From Candidatus Latescibacterota bacterium (GTDB lineage: Bacteria; Latescibacterota; CBDEFO01): a stretch of 64,000 bases of DNA. This document shows positions 1 to 9,517 of the stretch, piece after piece. Below the pieces are notes generated by a model. The model was given only the letters and a program-made list of their open reading frames with translations, was not told where the DNA came from and ran no database searches. The stretch spans positions 1,472,001-1,536,000 of the forward strand of contig OZ252149.1 in NCBI GenBank assembly GCA_965248755.1. The letters run 5' to 3'. Numbering within the stretch: position 1 is the stretch's first letter; each line of letters opens with the position of its first letter. Made by a program: the position numbers and the translations under genes.

Positions 1-2610
1 GACTACAGTGCGTCCCGGATAGGGCTGCTTCGGGGTGGGGAGATCTCCTTTGAACCAACCGGACCTGGTGTCATAGTTGACGCTTTGGACCCGGCTGTCA
101 AGAAATGGTATGTCCCGCAGGAGCTATTCATAGAGTACCAATGGAAGCAGTGGGAGTACACAAACTACGCCCGGGACCGCTACCAGAGGTATGTGGATAT
201 CACACTTGAGGGGGATTATTTCTACGATCTCTACGGCTCCTATATCACTCGTGGATGGTTGATCTACGACTGGAGCCAGACACAACCCCAGCAGAGCGGT
301 AGCGGTATTCTCAAGACTTCGAGATACGGAAGCTTCTTCAGCAACTTGGTGATAGCCTCCGATCAAAAGGGGCAGCACCATCTGGCGGTAACTATAGGCG
401 ATGATATCAGGACGACGCTGACTCCGATGACCTTTTCAAAGCCTGCGTTTAACGGGATCCAGATTGATCTTCAATCCGACAAATATGAAGCCACAGCGCT
501 CCTTGCCCGACCCAGTAATACGGGAGGTGAACCGTCCCAAAGGGTAACAAGCCAGACAGTCTTGACGGGGGGGAGGGCCACAGCCCAATTGGGGGATTTT
601 GTGCAAATCGGAGTGACCTACGTGAACGTTCACAACTCTATGACGCTTTTAGAGAGCTTCAAGGGGAGCCCGAGAAGCGGATCACTCGCCGAAACCCAGA
701 ATTCCAATAACATAACAAAGCTATTCCTACGTCTTCTGGACGATTCTCCCGAGGATTTTGAGGGTGGAGCCGCCCTATTCTCATGGGACCTGATCATAGA
801 AGCGGATATTCAAAACTTTGACGAAGAGGGAAACCTGACGACGATCGAAAGGGAGGTATTCAGGGCAAGCAAAGTGGGAAGCCTTCCTTCTCCTGAGGGC
901 GGCTTTCAGCGCAAAGGTTTCTGGGAGGCCAGCGGACCTGAACAGATAGACTTGGAATTCGATTTGCGGTCATATACAGGCTTTGGTCCGTCGGAGATAA
1001 AGAAGGTGACGTTCGAGGTGGTGGTAGGGAACGACTACAGGATCGAAGTATCTTCTGACCGCCAGCTAGACAGGCTTGACAAAAAGGTATATCTATTGGC
1101 CGCCAGAGCCGAAGGCAATACCAAGGACAGCTCGAATCTAAAGCTCCTCAGGATCGACTACGGTCTGCCAACAGGCACCGAGATATACGGGGTAACGCTG
1201 GAGGCGAACGATCTCTTGGGATTCGATATTTACGCAGAATTTGACCGTAGCCGTAGTTACAGACAATATCCCAACAGGCGGGACGTAGAGCACGAAACAG
1301 CCTCCGACGAGGGCGATGGATGGATGGTAAACATATCCAAGATTGACTATCCGTGGTTCCTCTTGGGAGAGGCTTACAGTATGGACCACAACTATAATAC
1401 GTCCGCATTTCTTGCAAGAGGTGATCTTGAAATAGATTACAACAATATTCAACAGTTCACATACGAACTTGTAGATGACAACGACGATCAGGACAGATTT
1501 GCCGATTGGGAAAGGAGAGGCGAATCCCTGGACCGTGAAGTATTCCCGGGCTTTGATGAGAACCAGGACTTTATATCCGACTTTAATCAAAATAACAGCA
1601 GGGAACGGCCAAACGCGGTGCCTGACTACGATGAGCCGTTCTTGAGGTACGGGACAGATCGGCGGGAGTTTCTATTCGGAATAGATATGAACAACAATTT
1701 ATGGGTGGATCGCTTCGAAAATGATGACGACCCCGACTTTCCCTACGACAGGGACCACAGAGGATACAACGCTTATGTTGGTCTTCATGTAACTCCGGAT
1801 GTAAGGGTTATGATCGGCCAAAACAGAGAGGATCTCCTTGCCGGCGACAGGGATAACCTGACAACCTATGCGCTCTTTACTCTGGACAAGGACTTCCCGG
1901 CGTTGGGTAGGCTGAAAATATTCGAGAATTTTAGGTTGGCAAAGGACAATATAGAAGATGATCTTCGCCAATGGGATGATCGCGAAGTTGTAGGTTTATT
2001 TGGTAGAGCAGGGGCAAACGTCTCGACCCCCGATCCTTTGGCGGCGCAAGATACCTGGATAAATTCAGCCTTTGTAAGTTTTGATTACACAAAGAAGAGA
2101 AATCTGAACATTATCAGCAAGCTAAAATTCGATGTGTGGAACCAAAGGGCAGAACGGCCAGGCCTAAGGGACGAGTTCACCTTTTTCGGCCTGATCAATA
2201 AAGTGGACTATACCTTTAAGATAGGGGTCTTTGATATCCAGCCCCGGATCAAAAACGAACTCAGGATAGAAGCTCCGGCGCTCAAATCAGATCCTAGACG
2301 AAGAGAAAATACTCTAATTCTCTTTCTGATTGCTAAGCTCCCCTTCCTTGATGGTTCCGAAATTGAAACCGGAGTTGAATATATGATCTTCCGACAGATG
2401 AGGCCTGAAGATATCCTCGTAAGGGAAGGACTTTTGGACGACTTTACCCAAATCGTAGGTGCAGTGCAATTCTCCAACCTTGGGGACTACTTGGGATACA
2501 AACTGATCACCCAGTTAGGTTTAAGCTTGAACAGAAGGTTCATCCCCGGAGATGATCCCAAAACGGGTAGTTCAGCCTTTGTTACGGTATACGCCGGTGT
2601 GCAAGAATAA
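1..2610 (+). CDS. Large secreted/outer-membrane hypothetical protein with Asp-rich Ca-binding-like motifs (5' end outside window)
   Basis: Frame is open from base 1 to TAA at 2610. Motifs DDNDDQDRFAD, DENQDFISD and DMNNNLWVD; beta-strand-like alternating C-terminal half. Confidence 0.75.
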   Translation, partial: DYSASRIGLLRGGEISFEPTGPGVIVDALDPAVKKWYVPQELFIEYQWKQWEYTNYARDRYQRYVDITLEGDYFYDLYGSYITRGWLIYDWSQTQPQQSGSGILKTSRYGSFFSNLVIASDQKGQHHLAVTIGDDIRTTLTPMTFSKPAFNGIQIDLQSDKYEATALLARPSNTGGEPSQRVTSQTVLTGGRATAQLGDFVQIGVTYVNVHNSMTLLESFKGSPRSGSLAETQNSNNITKLFLRLLDDSPEDFEGGAALFSWDLIIEADIQNFDEEGNLTTIEREVFRASKVGSLPSPEGGFQRKGFWEASGPEQIDLEFDLRSYTGFGPSEIKKVTFEVVVGNDYRIEVSSDRQLDRLDKKVYLLAARAEGNTKDSSNLKLLRIDYGLPTGTEIYGVTLEANDLLGFDIYAEFDRSRSYRQYPNRRDVEHETASDEGDGWMVNISKIDYPWFLLGEAYSMDHNYNTSAFLARGDLEIDYNNIQQFTYELVDDNDDQDRFADWERRGESLDREVFPGFDENQDFISDFNQNNSRERPNAVPDYDEPFLRYGTDRREFLFGIDMNNNLWVDRFENDDDPDFPYDRDHRGYNAYVGLHVTPDVRVMIGQNREDLLAGDRDNLTTYALFTLDKDFPALGRLKIFENFRLAKDNIEDDLRQWDDREVVGLFGRAGANVSTPDPLAAQDTWINSAFVSFDYTKKRNLNIISKLKFDVWNQRAERPGLRDEFTFFGLINKVDYTFKIGVFDIQPRIKNELRIEAPALKSDPRRRENTLILFLIAKLPFLDGSEIETGVEYMIFRQMRPEDILVREGLLDDFTQIVGAVQFSNLGDYLGYKLITQLGLSLNRRFIPGDDPKTGSSAFVTVYAGVQE

Positions 2611-4726
2611 GGGATGGGTTGAGAGTTTACTCAGTAGTAAGACAACAGGCATTTTCCTTATTGCCTTAGCAGCAAGGCTTTTCTACCTCAGTCAGATATC
2701 GGATAGTCCGCTTTTCGACTTCCCTGTAGTAGACTCATTAACTTATGTAGATCAAGCCAAGGATATAGTTGACGGGAACTGGCTCGGTGTCGGGAAGGGC
2801 CCTTTTTGGCAGCCGCCTTTTTATCCGTACTTTCTGGCTTTAGTAAGGTTGATCTTCAAAGACCAGTTCTTCTGGGCAGTTCGCCTGATACAGATTGTAC
2901 TCGGTTCTTTGGGATGTGTGCTGATATTTTTGATAAGCAGACGATTTTTTAATACGTCTGTGGCTATCATCGCCTCGGTGTTGGGTGCTCTTTACGGCAT
3001 CTTGATATATTTTGACGGTGAACTCCTGCCCGCATCCATCGCCCTCTTTTTGGATCTGCTTCTTATTCTGTCTCTTTTAGAGGCTTCTGAACGTCCACGC
3101 ATCTGGAAGTGGCTCCTTTCGGGATTCATCTTCGGCTTATCGGCCATTACGGTTCCCAATGTTTTAGCACTTGCACCTTTTATCTTGCTCTGGATGTGGA
3201 TAGCGTTCAGATCCAGATCAAACGTCGATTCAGTTCTGTCGGCTGACAGCGGGACGATAGAGACTGCAGAACCCAAACTCGAAAGAGGTGGCAGAACTTC
3301 ACAATTTGCGGTATGGTGCGGCAGCTTCCTTCTGGGTGGGCTTCTGGTGATTTCAACTGTTACGCTGAGAAACTACCTTGTAGGCGGCGATTTTGTCATA
3401 ATTTCCTACAACGCAGGGATAAATTTCTACATCGGTAACAACCCTGACTATGACCGAACCGTCGGGATCAGACCGGGATGGGAGTGGGAGAACCTGTCCT
3501 TTGAACCTTTAGAGAAGGGCATAGACAAGCACTCCGAAAGTTCGAGGTACTTCTTCTCCAAGGCGTGGGAATTTATCAGAGACCAGCCCTTAGAGTATTT
3601 CAAACTCCTTTGTAAGAAGCTCTTTTTATTCTGGAACGGGAACGAAATTGGTCGCAATCAGGAAATCTATTTTTCCAGGGGGTATTCCTCTTTGATGTGG
3701 GCTTCCGTATGGAAGAGGATCATCGCGTTCCCCTTTGGGATTTTGTCTCCTCTTGCTCTTGTGGGTCTGATCATATCTCTTCCCCGTTGGCGTAAGCTCC
3801 TGCTGCTGTATATCTTTGTTACAGTCTACGCCGCTTCTGTGGTCCTTTTTCTGGTGACGTCCAGGTATCGCCTTCCAGTGTTGCCCTTTTTGATGATCTT
3901 TGCAGCCTACACGATATGGTGGTGGTTCCAGAGCGCTAAAGGTGGTCGTTATCTGACTCTGACTCTTTCGGTTGTGCCCTTTGTCCTTTTCACCCTGGCT
4001 GCAAACACAAAGATCGGAAAGATGGACACCGCCGACAATGCTGAGGTTCATTACAACCTCGGCACAGCATACCTGCGTAAGCAAATGTATGCAAGCGCTA
4101 TCGTGGAGTTTGAAAAGGTTGTATCTCTTAAAGAGCATTATTGGGAGGCATGGCTGAATCTCGGTTCCATCTATGCCACAATGGGCATGTATGATGATTC
4201 TATAGCTGCCAGAAGAAAAGTTGCGGAGGACAGGCCGAGCTCGATGCTTGCCCAACAGGACATGGTGGAAGGGTACATCAAAACCTGTCTTGGTGCAGCA
4301 CACACTTACATACAATTAGGCATGTACGACAGGGCTCAGAATGAGTGCGAAAGCGCCCTCAAATTAGACCCTGATAATGTAAAGGTTCGTCTCAAGTTAG
4401 CGTATATCCACGATAAGAAAGGACTCTATGACGAAGCTGTGGATGAGTACAGAAAAATCATCCGGACTGGAGACGATAACCTGGAAGCCCGAAATAATCT
4501 GGGCGTTGTTTATGCCAAGAAGGGGATGCTGGACGAAGCTATAGCTGAATTTACGAGACTGATAGAGATCCAGCCCCAGCAATTAGATGCCCGTTATAAT
4601 CTGGCTGTTGCCTATAAGGAGAAGGGGAAGTACAAGGATGCTATTGCTCAATACGAAGAGATTCTCAAGATAGAGTCGGATTATTCCGATGTCCGTCTCA
4701 AATTAGCGCTCCTTCAAAAGAGATGA
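2552..4726 (+). CDS. GT-C/glycosyltransferase family 39 (PMT-like) membrane protein with C-terminal TPR repeats
   Basis: Multiple TM helices, VDSLTY and FWQPPFYPYFLA motifs, GINFYIGNNP, TPR repeats (AEVHYNLG, ARNNLG, ARYNLA). True start may be GTG 2597. Confidence 0.8.
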   Translation: MIPKRVVQPLLRYTPVCKNKGWVESLLSSKTTGIFLIALAARLFYLSQISDSPLFDFPVVDSLTYVDQAKDIVDGNWLGVGKGPFWQPPFYPYFLALVRLIFKDQFFWAVRLIQIVLGSLGCVLIFLISRRFFNTSVAIIASVLGALYGILIYFDGELLPASIALFLDLLLILSLLEASERPRIWKWLLSGFIFGLSAITVPNVLALAPFILLWMWIAFRSRSNVDSVLSADSGTIETAEPKLERGGRTSQFAVWCGSFLLGGLLVISTVTLRNYLVGGDFVIISYNAGINFYIGNNPDYDRTVGIRPGWEWENLSFEPLEKGIDKHSESSRYFFSKAWEFIRDQPLEYFKLLCKKLFLFWNGNEIGRNQEIYFSRGYSSLMWASVWKRIIAFPFGILSPLALVGLIISLPRWRKLLLLYIFVTVYAASVVLFLVTSRYRLPVLPFLMIFAAYTIWWWFQSAKGGRYLTLTLSVVPFVLFTLAANTKIGKMDTADNAEVHYNLGTAYLRKQMYASAIVEFEKVVSLKEHYWEAWLNLGSIYATMGMYDDSIAARRKVAEDRPSSMLAQQDMVEGYIKTCLGAAHTYIQLGMYDRAQNECESALKLDPDNVKVRLKLAYIHDKKGLYDEAVDEYRKIIRTGDDNLEARNNLGVVYAKKGMLDEAIAEFTRLIEIQPQQLDARYNLAVAYKEKGKYKDAIAQYEEILKIESDYSDVRLKLALLQKR

Positions 4727-4808
4727 GCGTTGTCAAGCATGAGGGTTCTGTAAGTAATTAAGGAATTCATAGATATACGCGATTTACCAAAAAAGGAGAT
4801 TTTGGAAG

Positions 4809-6557
4809 ATGAACAATTGCAGAATATATGCAAAATCGCGGAATACCGCCTTTGTCTTAAGAAAAGCTGCTGGAATCTGGCTGTTTCCAATTGCACTCTT
4901 AATTATCAGCATGAGTTGCACAGGGAAAAAGGAGGATCTGGTACTTGCCCAGGTTGGGGATAAGGAGATAATTGTAAAGCAGTTGACAGAATTTAGCGAT
5001 GAAGTCCCTGTACATTTCCAGAGCACAAAAACAGGGGTAGAAAAACAAAGGAATGATCTGCAGACGGTGATCGACATGGAGCTTTTGATGATGGAGGTCC
5101 GGGACAAGGGCATTGAAAAGGGTCTCCGCTTTCTGAGGAAGATGCACAAGACCCGAACACGAAAGCTCGTAAGTATCTTTCAACAAAGGGAATTAGCGGT
5201 AAATATAAAAGAAGAGGATTTACGGGATTTATTCGAAAAGTCGGGATACTCCAGGGCGATCAGGTTTAGCGATATAATGGTGGACAGCGAGGATAAAGCA
5301 AGGGCTGCTCTTGAGGAGATCAAACAGGGGGAGAACTTTGAGGAGGTAGCCCGACGGCGTTCTATTAATGAGGAGACAGCACCCAGGGGCGGCGATTCAG
5401 GAATGTTTCACACCAAAGTAAGCCTGCTCCCCATTCTTCAGGATAAGTTATTTTCTCTTAAGGTGGGCGAAGTATCAGAGCCCATAAAGATCGGCAGGAG
5501 ATATTCGATCTTCAAAGCCACCGCTGACAGTACAGTTCAACCCAGCTCAGAGATTTACCAAGCACTCTACAACAAAAAGCTTACCCTTGAAAGAACCGCT
5601 TTAGTAGAAAAGCTCAAGGTAAAGTATCGCCTCGAACTGGATCAGGAAGGCTTGAAGGACTTCCTTGAAAGATTGCGCGGCGGCGCATCTCTTCCCACGG
5701 AGGATGATAGGAGCAACGTTGTCTACAGATACGACGATGGAAAGATAACCTCAGAGGACTTTATCTACGTGATCAGAGATGTTCAAGCTATCAGAGAGCG
5801 TCAAGGTAAAGGTGGTCTTCCTATTAAAGATAGCAAGCAGTTAGTCTCCTTTGCAGAGCGTTTCATCATTCCCAACAAAATGATTGTGGAAGCTGCTCTT
5901 CGCGCTGGGATAGATAAGGAAGAAGATACGGCACGATGGCTTGAGAACGAAGGAAGAAAGTTCTTAATGTCTGAACTCAGGGAACAAGCGCTGGAAGGTA
6001 AGATAAACATAACTGAGGACGAAATGCGACAGTACTACGACAGCAATCCAGATAAGTATCTGCTTCCTGAGCAGATAGATATACAGGAGATACTTGTAGA
6101 GACAGAGGAAGAGGCGTTGAGCCTTATGGAACAGATCCGAAAAGGTGCTCCAATGGGCGGGCTTGCGAGGGCTCATTCTACACGTCCTGCAGACCATCGG
6201 GACGAAGAAGGCAGATTCCATTTTCATCCTTTCGAAAGCCAAAAATACGGCGAAATAGTGGAAGCTGCGAAGAAGGCTCAGATAGGGGAGCTTACAGGTC
6301 CTGTTGACGTTAAGGGTACATATCCTACCGTTGGAGGTCCTGTCCAGGTAGCGGGCGGATATTCTATATTCAAAGTGCTATCCAGACGCCGTGAGAGACA
6401 GCCCTTTGAGGATGCCAAAAGGCGCGTCAGAGGGCAGATAAGGAGAACGAAGGAGCGGGAGATATTCGAGCAATTCTTGGAAGGACTGAGAAAGAAATAC
6501 GCATCACAGGTGCATATTCGGGAAGATAACCTTAAAATTGCCTTCAGGACAAAGTAG
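4809..6557 (+). CDS. PpiC-type peptidyl-prolyl isomerase (SurA/PrsA-like lipoprotein, two rotamase domains)
   Basis: Lipobox-like ISMSC; rotamase motifs FEEVARRRS..GGDSG, LKVGEVSEPI and QEILVETEEEA..GELTGPV. Confidence 0.85.
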   Translation: MNNCRIYAKSRNTAFVLRKAAGIWLFPIALLIISMSCTGKKEDLVLAQVGDKEIIVKQLTEFSDEVPVHFQSTKTGVEKQRNDLQTVIDMELLMMEVRDKGIEKGLRFLRKMHKTRTRKLVSIFQQRELAVNIKEEDLRDLFEKSGYSRAIRFSDIMVDSEDKARAALEEIKQGENFEEVARRRSINEETAPRGGDSGMFHTKVSLLPILQDKLFSLKVGEVSEPIKIGRRYSIFKATADSTVQPSSEIYQALYNKKLTLERTALVEKLKVKYRLELDQEGLKDFLERLRGGASLPTEDDRSNVVYRYDDGKITSEDFIYVIRDVQAIRERQGKGGLPIKDSKQLVSFAERFIIPNKMIVEAALRAGIDKEEDTARWLENEGRKFLMSELREQALEGKINITEDEMRQYYDSNPDKYLLPEQIDIQEILVETEEEALSLMEQIRKGAPMGGLARAHSTRPADHRDEEGRFHFHPFESQKYGEIVEAAKKAQIGELTGPVDVKGTYPTVGGPVQVAGGYSIFKVLSRRRERQPFEDAKRRVRGQIRRTKEREIFEQFLEGLRKKYASQVHIREDNLKIAFRTK

Positions 6558-7028
6558 GAACATGCTCAGATGTACCCCTGTAGTCGTTCTGTAAAGCAGC
6601 CGTAGAAGAAGCACCAGCCTGAATCCAATCAAGGTTTTCCAGGAATCTTAACAGCAGGGGCTAGCGGTGGAGTTGTCACCAGATAAGAACACTGTGAACA
6701 GCGCCTGGACAGTCTCGATCTACTCTGAAAATGCAGGGTAGGAGCGGTTCAAAAGGAACGATTCGGAGCCATTGAACGAGCTTGAGGTCCGTCCGGGAGT
6801 TCTTCGCCTGCCGTCTGGAATTCCCGAAGAAGTGGCACGTAGTCGTCTTCCTCGCCTCAGAGCGGGTAAACTTGCTCTAATGGGGCGTCGGTGCCCGTGG
6901 ACGGGGCACAGGTACGTCCTTCGGCGCAAATAGCCTTTTATAGACGTTGTGCATAGAGCAGGTGTCCAAAGAATCTAAACAACTGTGCAAAGATTGGTAT
7001 TCTCTATTAACGAGAGGGAGGAAACATC

Positions 7029-8057
7029 ATGGAGATCACCGACATCAAGATCCATCAGCCTGTGGGGCTTCTCAGAATCCTGACGGACACTGAGTTGGAG
7101 GGCTGGTGTATGGGTGTGGCCGAGGATACGGCACGCCAGATTCAATCGGCCTACCGGGACGTGTTGATCGGCCAGGATCCCCTGGTCCGGGAGCGTATCT
7201 GGCAGGAACTGGTCCATCTCGACCGTCTCCACTATGTGCCCCAGACTGTGCGGGCGTACGTGGATGTAGCGCTGTGGGATCTGGCGGGTAAGGCGACCGA
7301 TATGCCGGTCTACCGGTTAATAGGGGGTTTCAGAGACAAGATCCCGTCTTACAAGAGCGGGGGGAATCTGTCGGATATCGGTGCCTTTGTGAAGGACGCC
7401 CTGCAGGCCAGGGAGGAGGGATTCTGGGGCTATAAGGACCACTGTAACCTCGGGGTCGATGAAATGATCAAGGTGGCACGGGCAGTCCGCAAGGCTGTGG
7501 GCCCTGAATTTTACCTGATGCACGATAGTGTACAGCAGTACACTTACATCGAGGCGATACGGGTGGGTCGTGCTCTGCAGGAACAGAACTATTACTGGTT
7601 TGAGGAGCCGTTGCGGGACTTCGATCTGATGGGGCTAAAGAAGCTCTCCGAGTCACTGGATATCCCGATTGCAGCGGCCGAGTACTTGCCTGGGACGCTC
7701 TACTCAACGTCACAGCTAATAGCGCTTCAGGCAGTGGACATCGTTCGGGCGAGTGTTCCCTGGCGCGGAGGGATCACGGATATGATCAAGATTGCACATC
7801 TGGCGGAGAGTTTCGGGGTCAATTGCGAGATCAAATCGGGTGGGGTGATGAATGGTTTTGTACACGCTCATGTATTGGGAGCGATCAAGAACTGTGATTT
7901 CTTCGAAGGTTGGGAGGTCGGCTCTCAGGGAGGCGAACCTCTGATTAAGAACCCTCTGGTCCTGGAAAAGGGATATCTTCCAGTTCCCCAGGGGCCTGGT
8001 TTGGGGGTAGAGATAGACTGGGGAGAAGTGGAGAAGAAGACGGAGAGTGTAATCTGA
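7029..8057 (+). CDS. Mandelate racemase/muconate lactonizing enzyme family (enolase superfamily)
   Basis: VDVALWDLAGK, KDH, HD, WFEEP, AE, PQGPGLGVEIDW; RBS GGAGG upstream. Confidence 0.9.
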   Translation: MEITDIKIHQPVGLLRILTDTELEGWCMGVAEDTARQIQSAYRDVLIGQDPLVRERIWQELVHLDRLHYVPQTVRAYVDVALWDLAGKATDMPVYRLIGGFRDKIPSYKSGGNLSDIGAFVKDALQAREEGFWGYKDHCNLGVDEMIKVARAVRKAVGPEFYLMHDSVQQYTYIEAIRVGRALQEQNYYWFEEPLRDFDLMGLKKLSESLDIPIAAAEYLPGTLYSTSQLIALQAVDIVRASVPWRGGITDMIKIAHLAESFGVNCEIKSGGVMNGFVHAHVLGAIKNCDFFEGWEVGSQGGEPLIKNPLVLEKGYLPVPQGPGLGVEIDWGEVEKKTESVI

Positions 8058-8191
8058 GCAGGGGGTATCAGACAATGTAGGTGCTATCAATTCGTGGCCT
8101 ACCGTGGAAGCAGCGAGCCACACAGTGGACACAGCACCCGGTCACTGCAAGAAGACATTACGTCACCGCGCTAACAAGAGAGGTTCTTTCA

Positions 8192-9367
8192 ATGCAGATC
8201 AAGGACGTAAAGTTTTACATCCTCGAAGGCGAGCCGAGTGGGAGGCACGTCAGAGGCTCAGCCCCCATTGAGAAGGTACCTCCTGGATTGTCGGGACTCT
8301 TTACTCATTCGTATGGCATTCGTGGGGAAGAGTCGGAACATAATCCTGAACTCATAGAGTACAGGGACGATACCCTAATGCCCACATATACCTCTATGAT
8401 GCGTTTGGTTACGGATGGGGATCTGGATGCCTACATGGGATTCGGCAGTGGTTTTCACCGTGACGAACTGGAGTGGGAGGCAAAACGGATCAAAGCGACC
8501 ACTGCCACTCTGTTGATAGGCGTGGACGCTTTCGACCGGGAATACATCTGGCAGAGATTGTGGTACGCCAAACGGTTCTCCTACCCCCGAATTAGCGCAA
8601 AGATAGACTTTATGCTGTGGGATCTGGCCAGTCGACATGCCAAGCTGCCGCTCTACAAGCTATTAGGAGGTTATAGAGAGGAGATTCCAGTGTACCAGAA
8701 TATCGTCGGTGTAACGATAGACGATCTGGTCGCGAAAGCTCTGCAGGCCAAGGAGGAAGGGTATGTTGGGTGTAAGGATCACTCCACTCGCGGTGTGGAA
8801 GGAAATATCGAAATGGCACAGGAGCTCCGCGCCGCAGTGGGAGATGATTTTCTCTTAATGCACGATCCTGTAGAGAACTATACCTACAACGATGCCGTAA
8901 AGGTTGGACGAGCTTTGGAGAAACTCAACTATTCCTGGATGGAGGAACCTCTTCAAGATTGGGATTTTATGGGACTCAAGAAATTATGCGATACATTGGA
9001 TTTACCGATATTAGCTTTAGAGTGGTCAGGAGCAGTAACCGGAGGACAGCCGTATAACGCATCCGGATTTTTGGCCATGCAGGCTGTGGACATCGTTCGT
9101 CAACGTGGGAAGGATATAACGGCACAGATGAAGCTGGCCCATCTGGCCGAGAGCTTCGGGGTCAATGTGCACGGTGGAGACCCCAACGTAATCCTGGCCA
9201 TAAAGAACGATCCGATATTCGAGAAGAGCGTCGGCATGGGCACGTTGAGAACAGCAAGCGGCAGAGCCGTCGTTGAAGATGGCTATATGTCCATCGATTA
9301 CAAGGATCATCCCGTAGAGGAACCGAATTGGGACGAGATCGAAAAGAAAGCGTTGGTGGTAATCTGA
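8192..9367 (+). CDS. Enolase-superfamily (MR/MLE) enzyme, tandem paralog A
   Basis: Start set by alignment to the paralogs (MQIKDVKF, RBS GAGAGG); IDFMLWDLA, KDH, HDP, WMEEP, LEW. Confidence 0.9.
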   Translation: MQIKDVKFYILEGEPSGRHVRGSAPIEKVPPGLSGLFTHSYGIRGEESEHNPELIEYRDDTLMPTYTSMMRLVTDGDLDAYMGFGSGFHRDELEWEAKRIKATTATLLIGVDAFDREYIWQRLWYAKRFSYPRISAKIDFMLWDLASRHAKLPLYKLLGGYREEIPVYQNIVGVTIDDLVAKALQAKEEGYVGCKDHSTRGVEGNIEMAQELRAAVGDDFLLMHDPVENYTYNDAVKVGRALEKLNYSWMEEPLQDWDFMGLKKLCDTLDLPILALEWSGAVTGGQPYNASGFLAMQAVDIVRQRGKDITAQMKLAHLAESFGVNVHGGDPNVILAIKNDPIFEKSVGMGTLRTASGRAVVEDGYMSIDYKDHPVEEPNWDEIEKKALVVI

Positions 9368-9517
9368 GCTGTAGAAAAGCTTGCGGATGAATCAGTAGAT
9401 CAAGGAATTAACATAAGGAACTATTGTAATAACGGACAAACGTAAGCGCGACCGCTTCGTGGTGTACTGCCTACGCTTCATCCTCACCTGGCCACGTTAA
9501 CAAGAGAGGTTCTTTCA
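9368..9517 (+). repeat. Conserved intergenic spacer of the enolase array (further copies 10709-10902 and 12097-12247)
   Basis: Shared blocks GATCAA(G/A)GAATTAACA, ATTGTAATAA(C/T)GGACAAA, TAAGCGCGACCGCTTCGTGGT and TTAACAAGAGAG. Confidence 0.9.

Noticed and set aside
6558..7028. Possible ncRNA or gene remnant
   Set aside because: No recognisable RNA motif or protein family in the frames I read.
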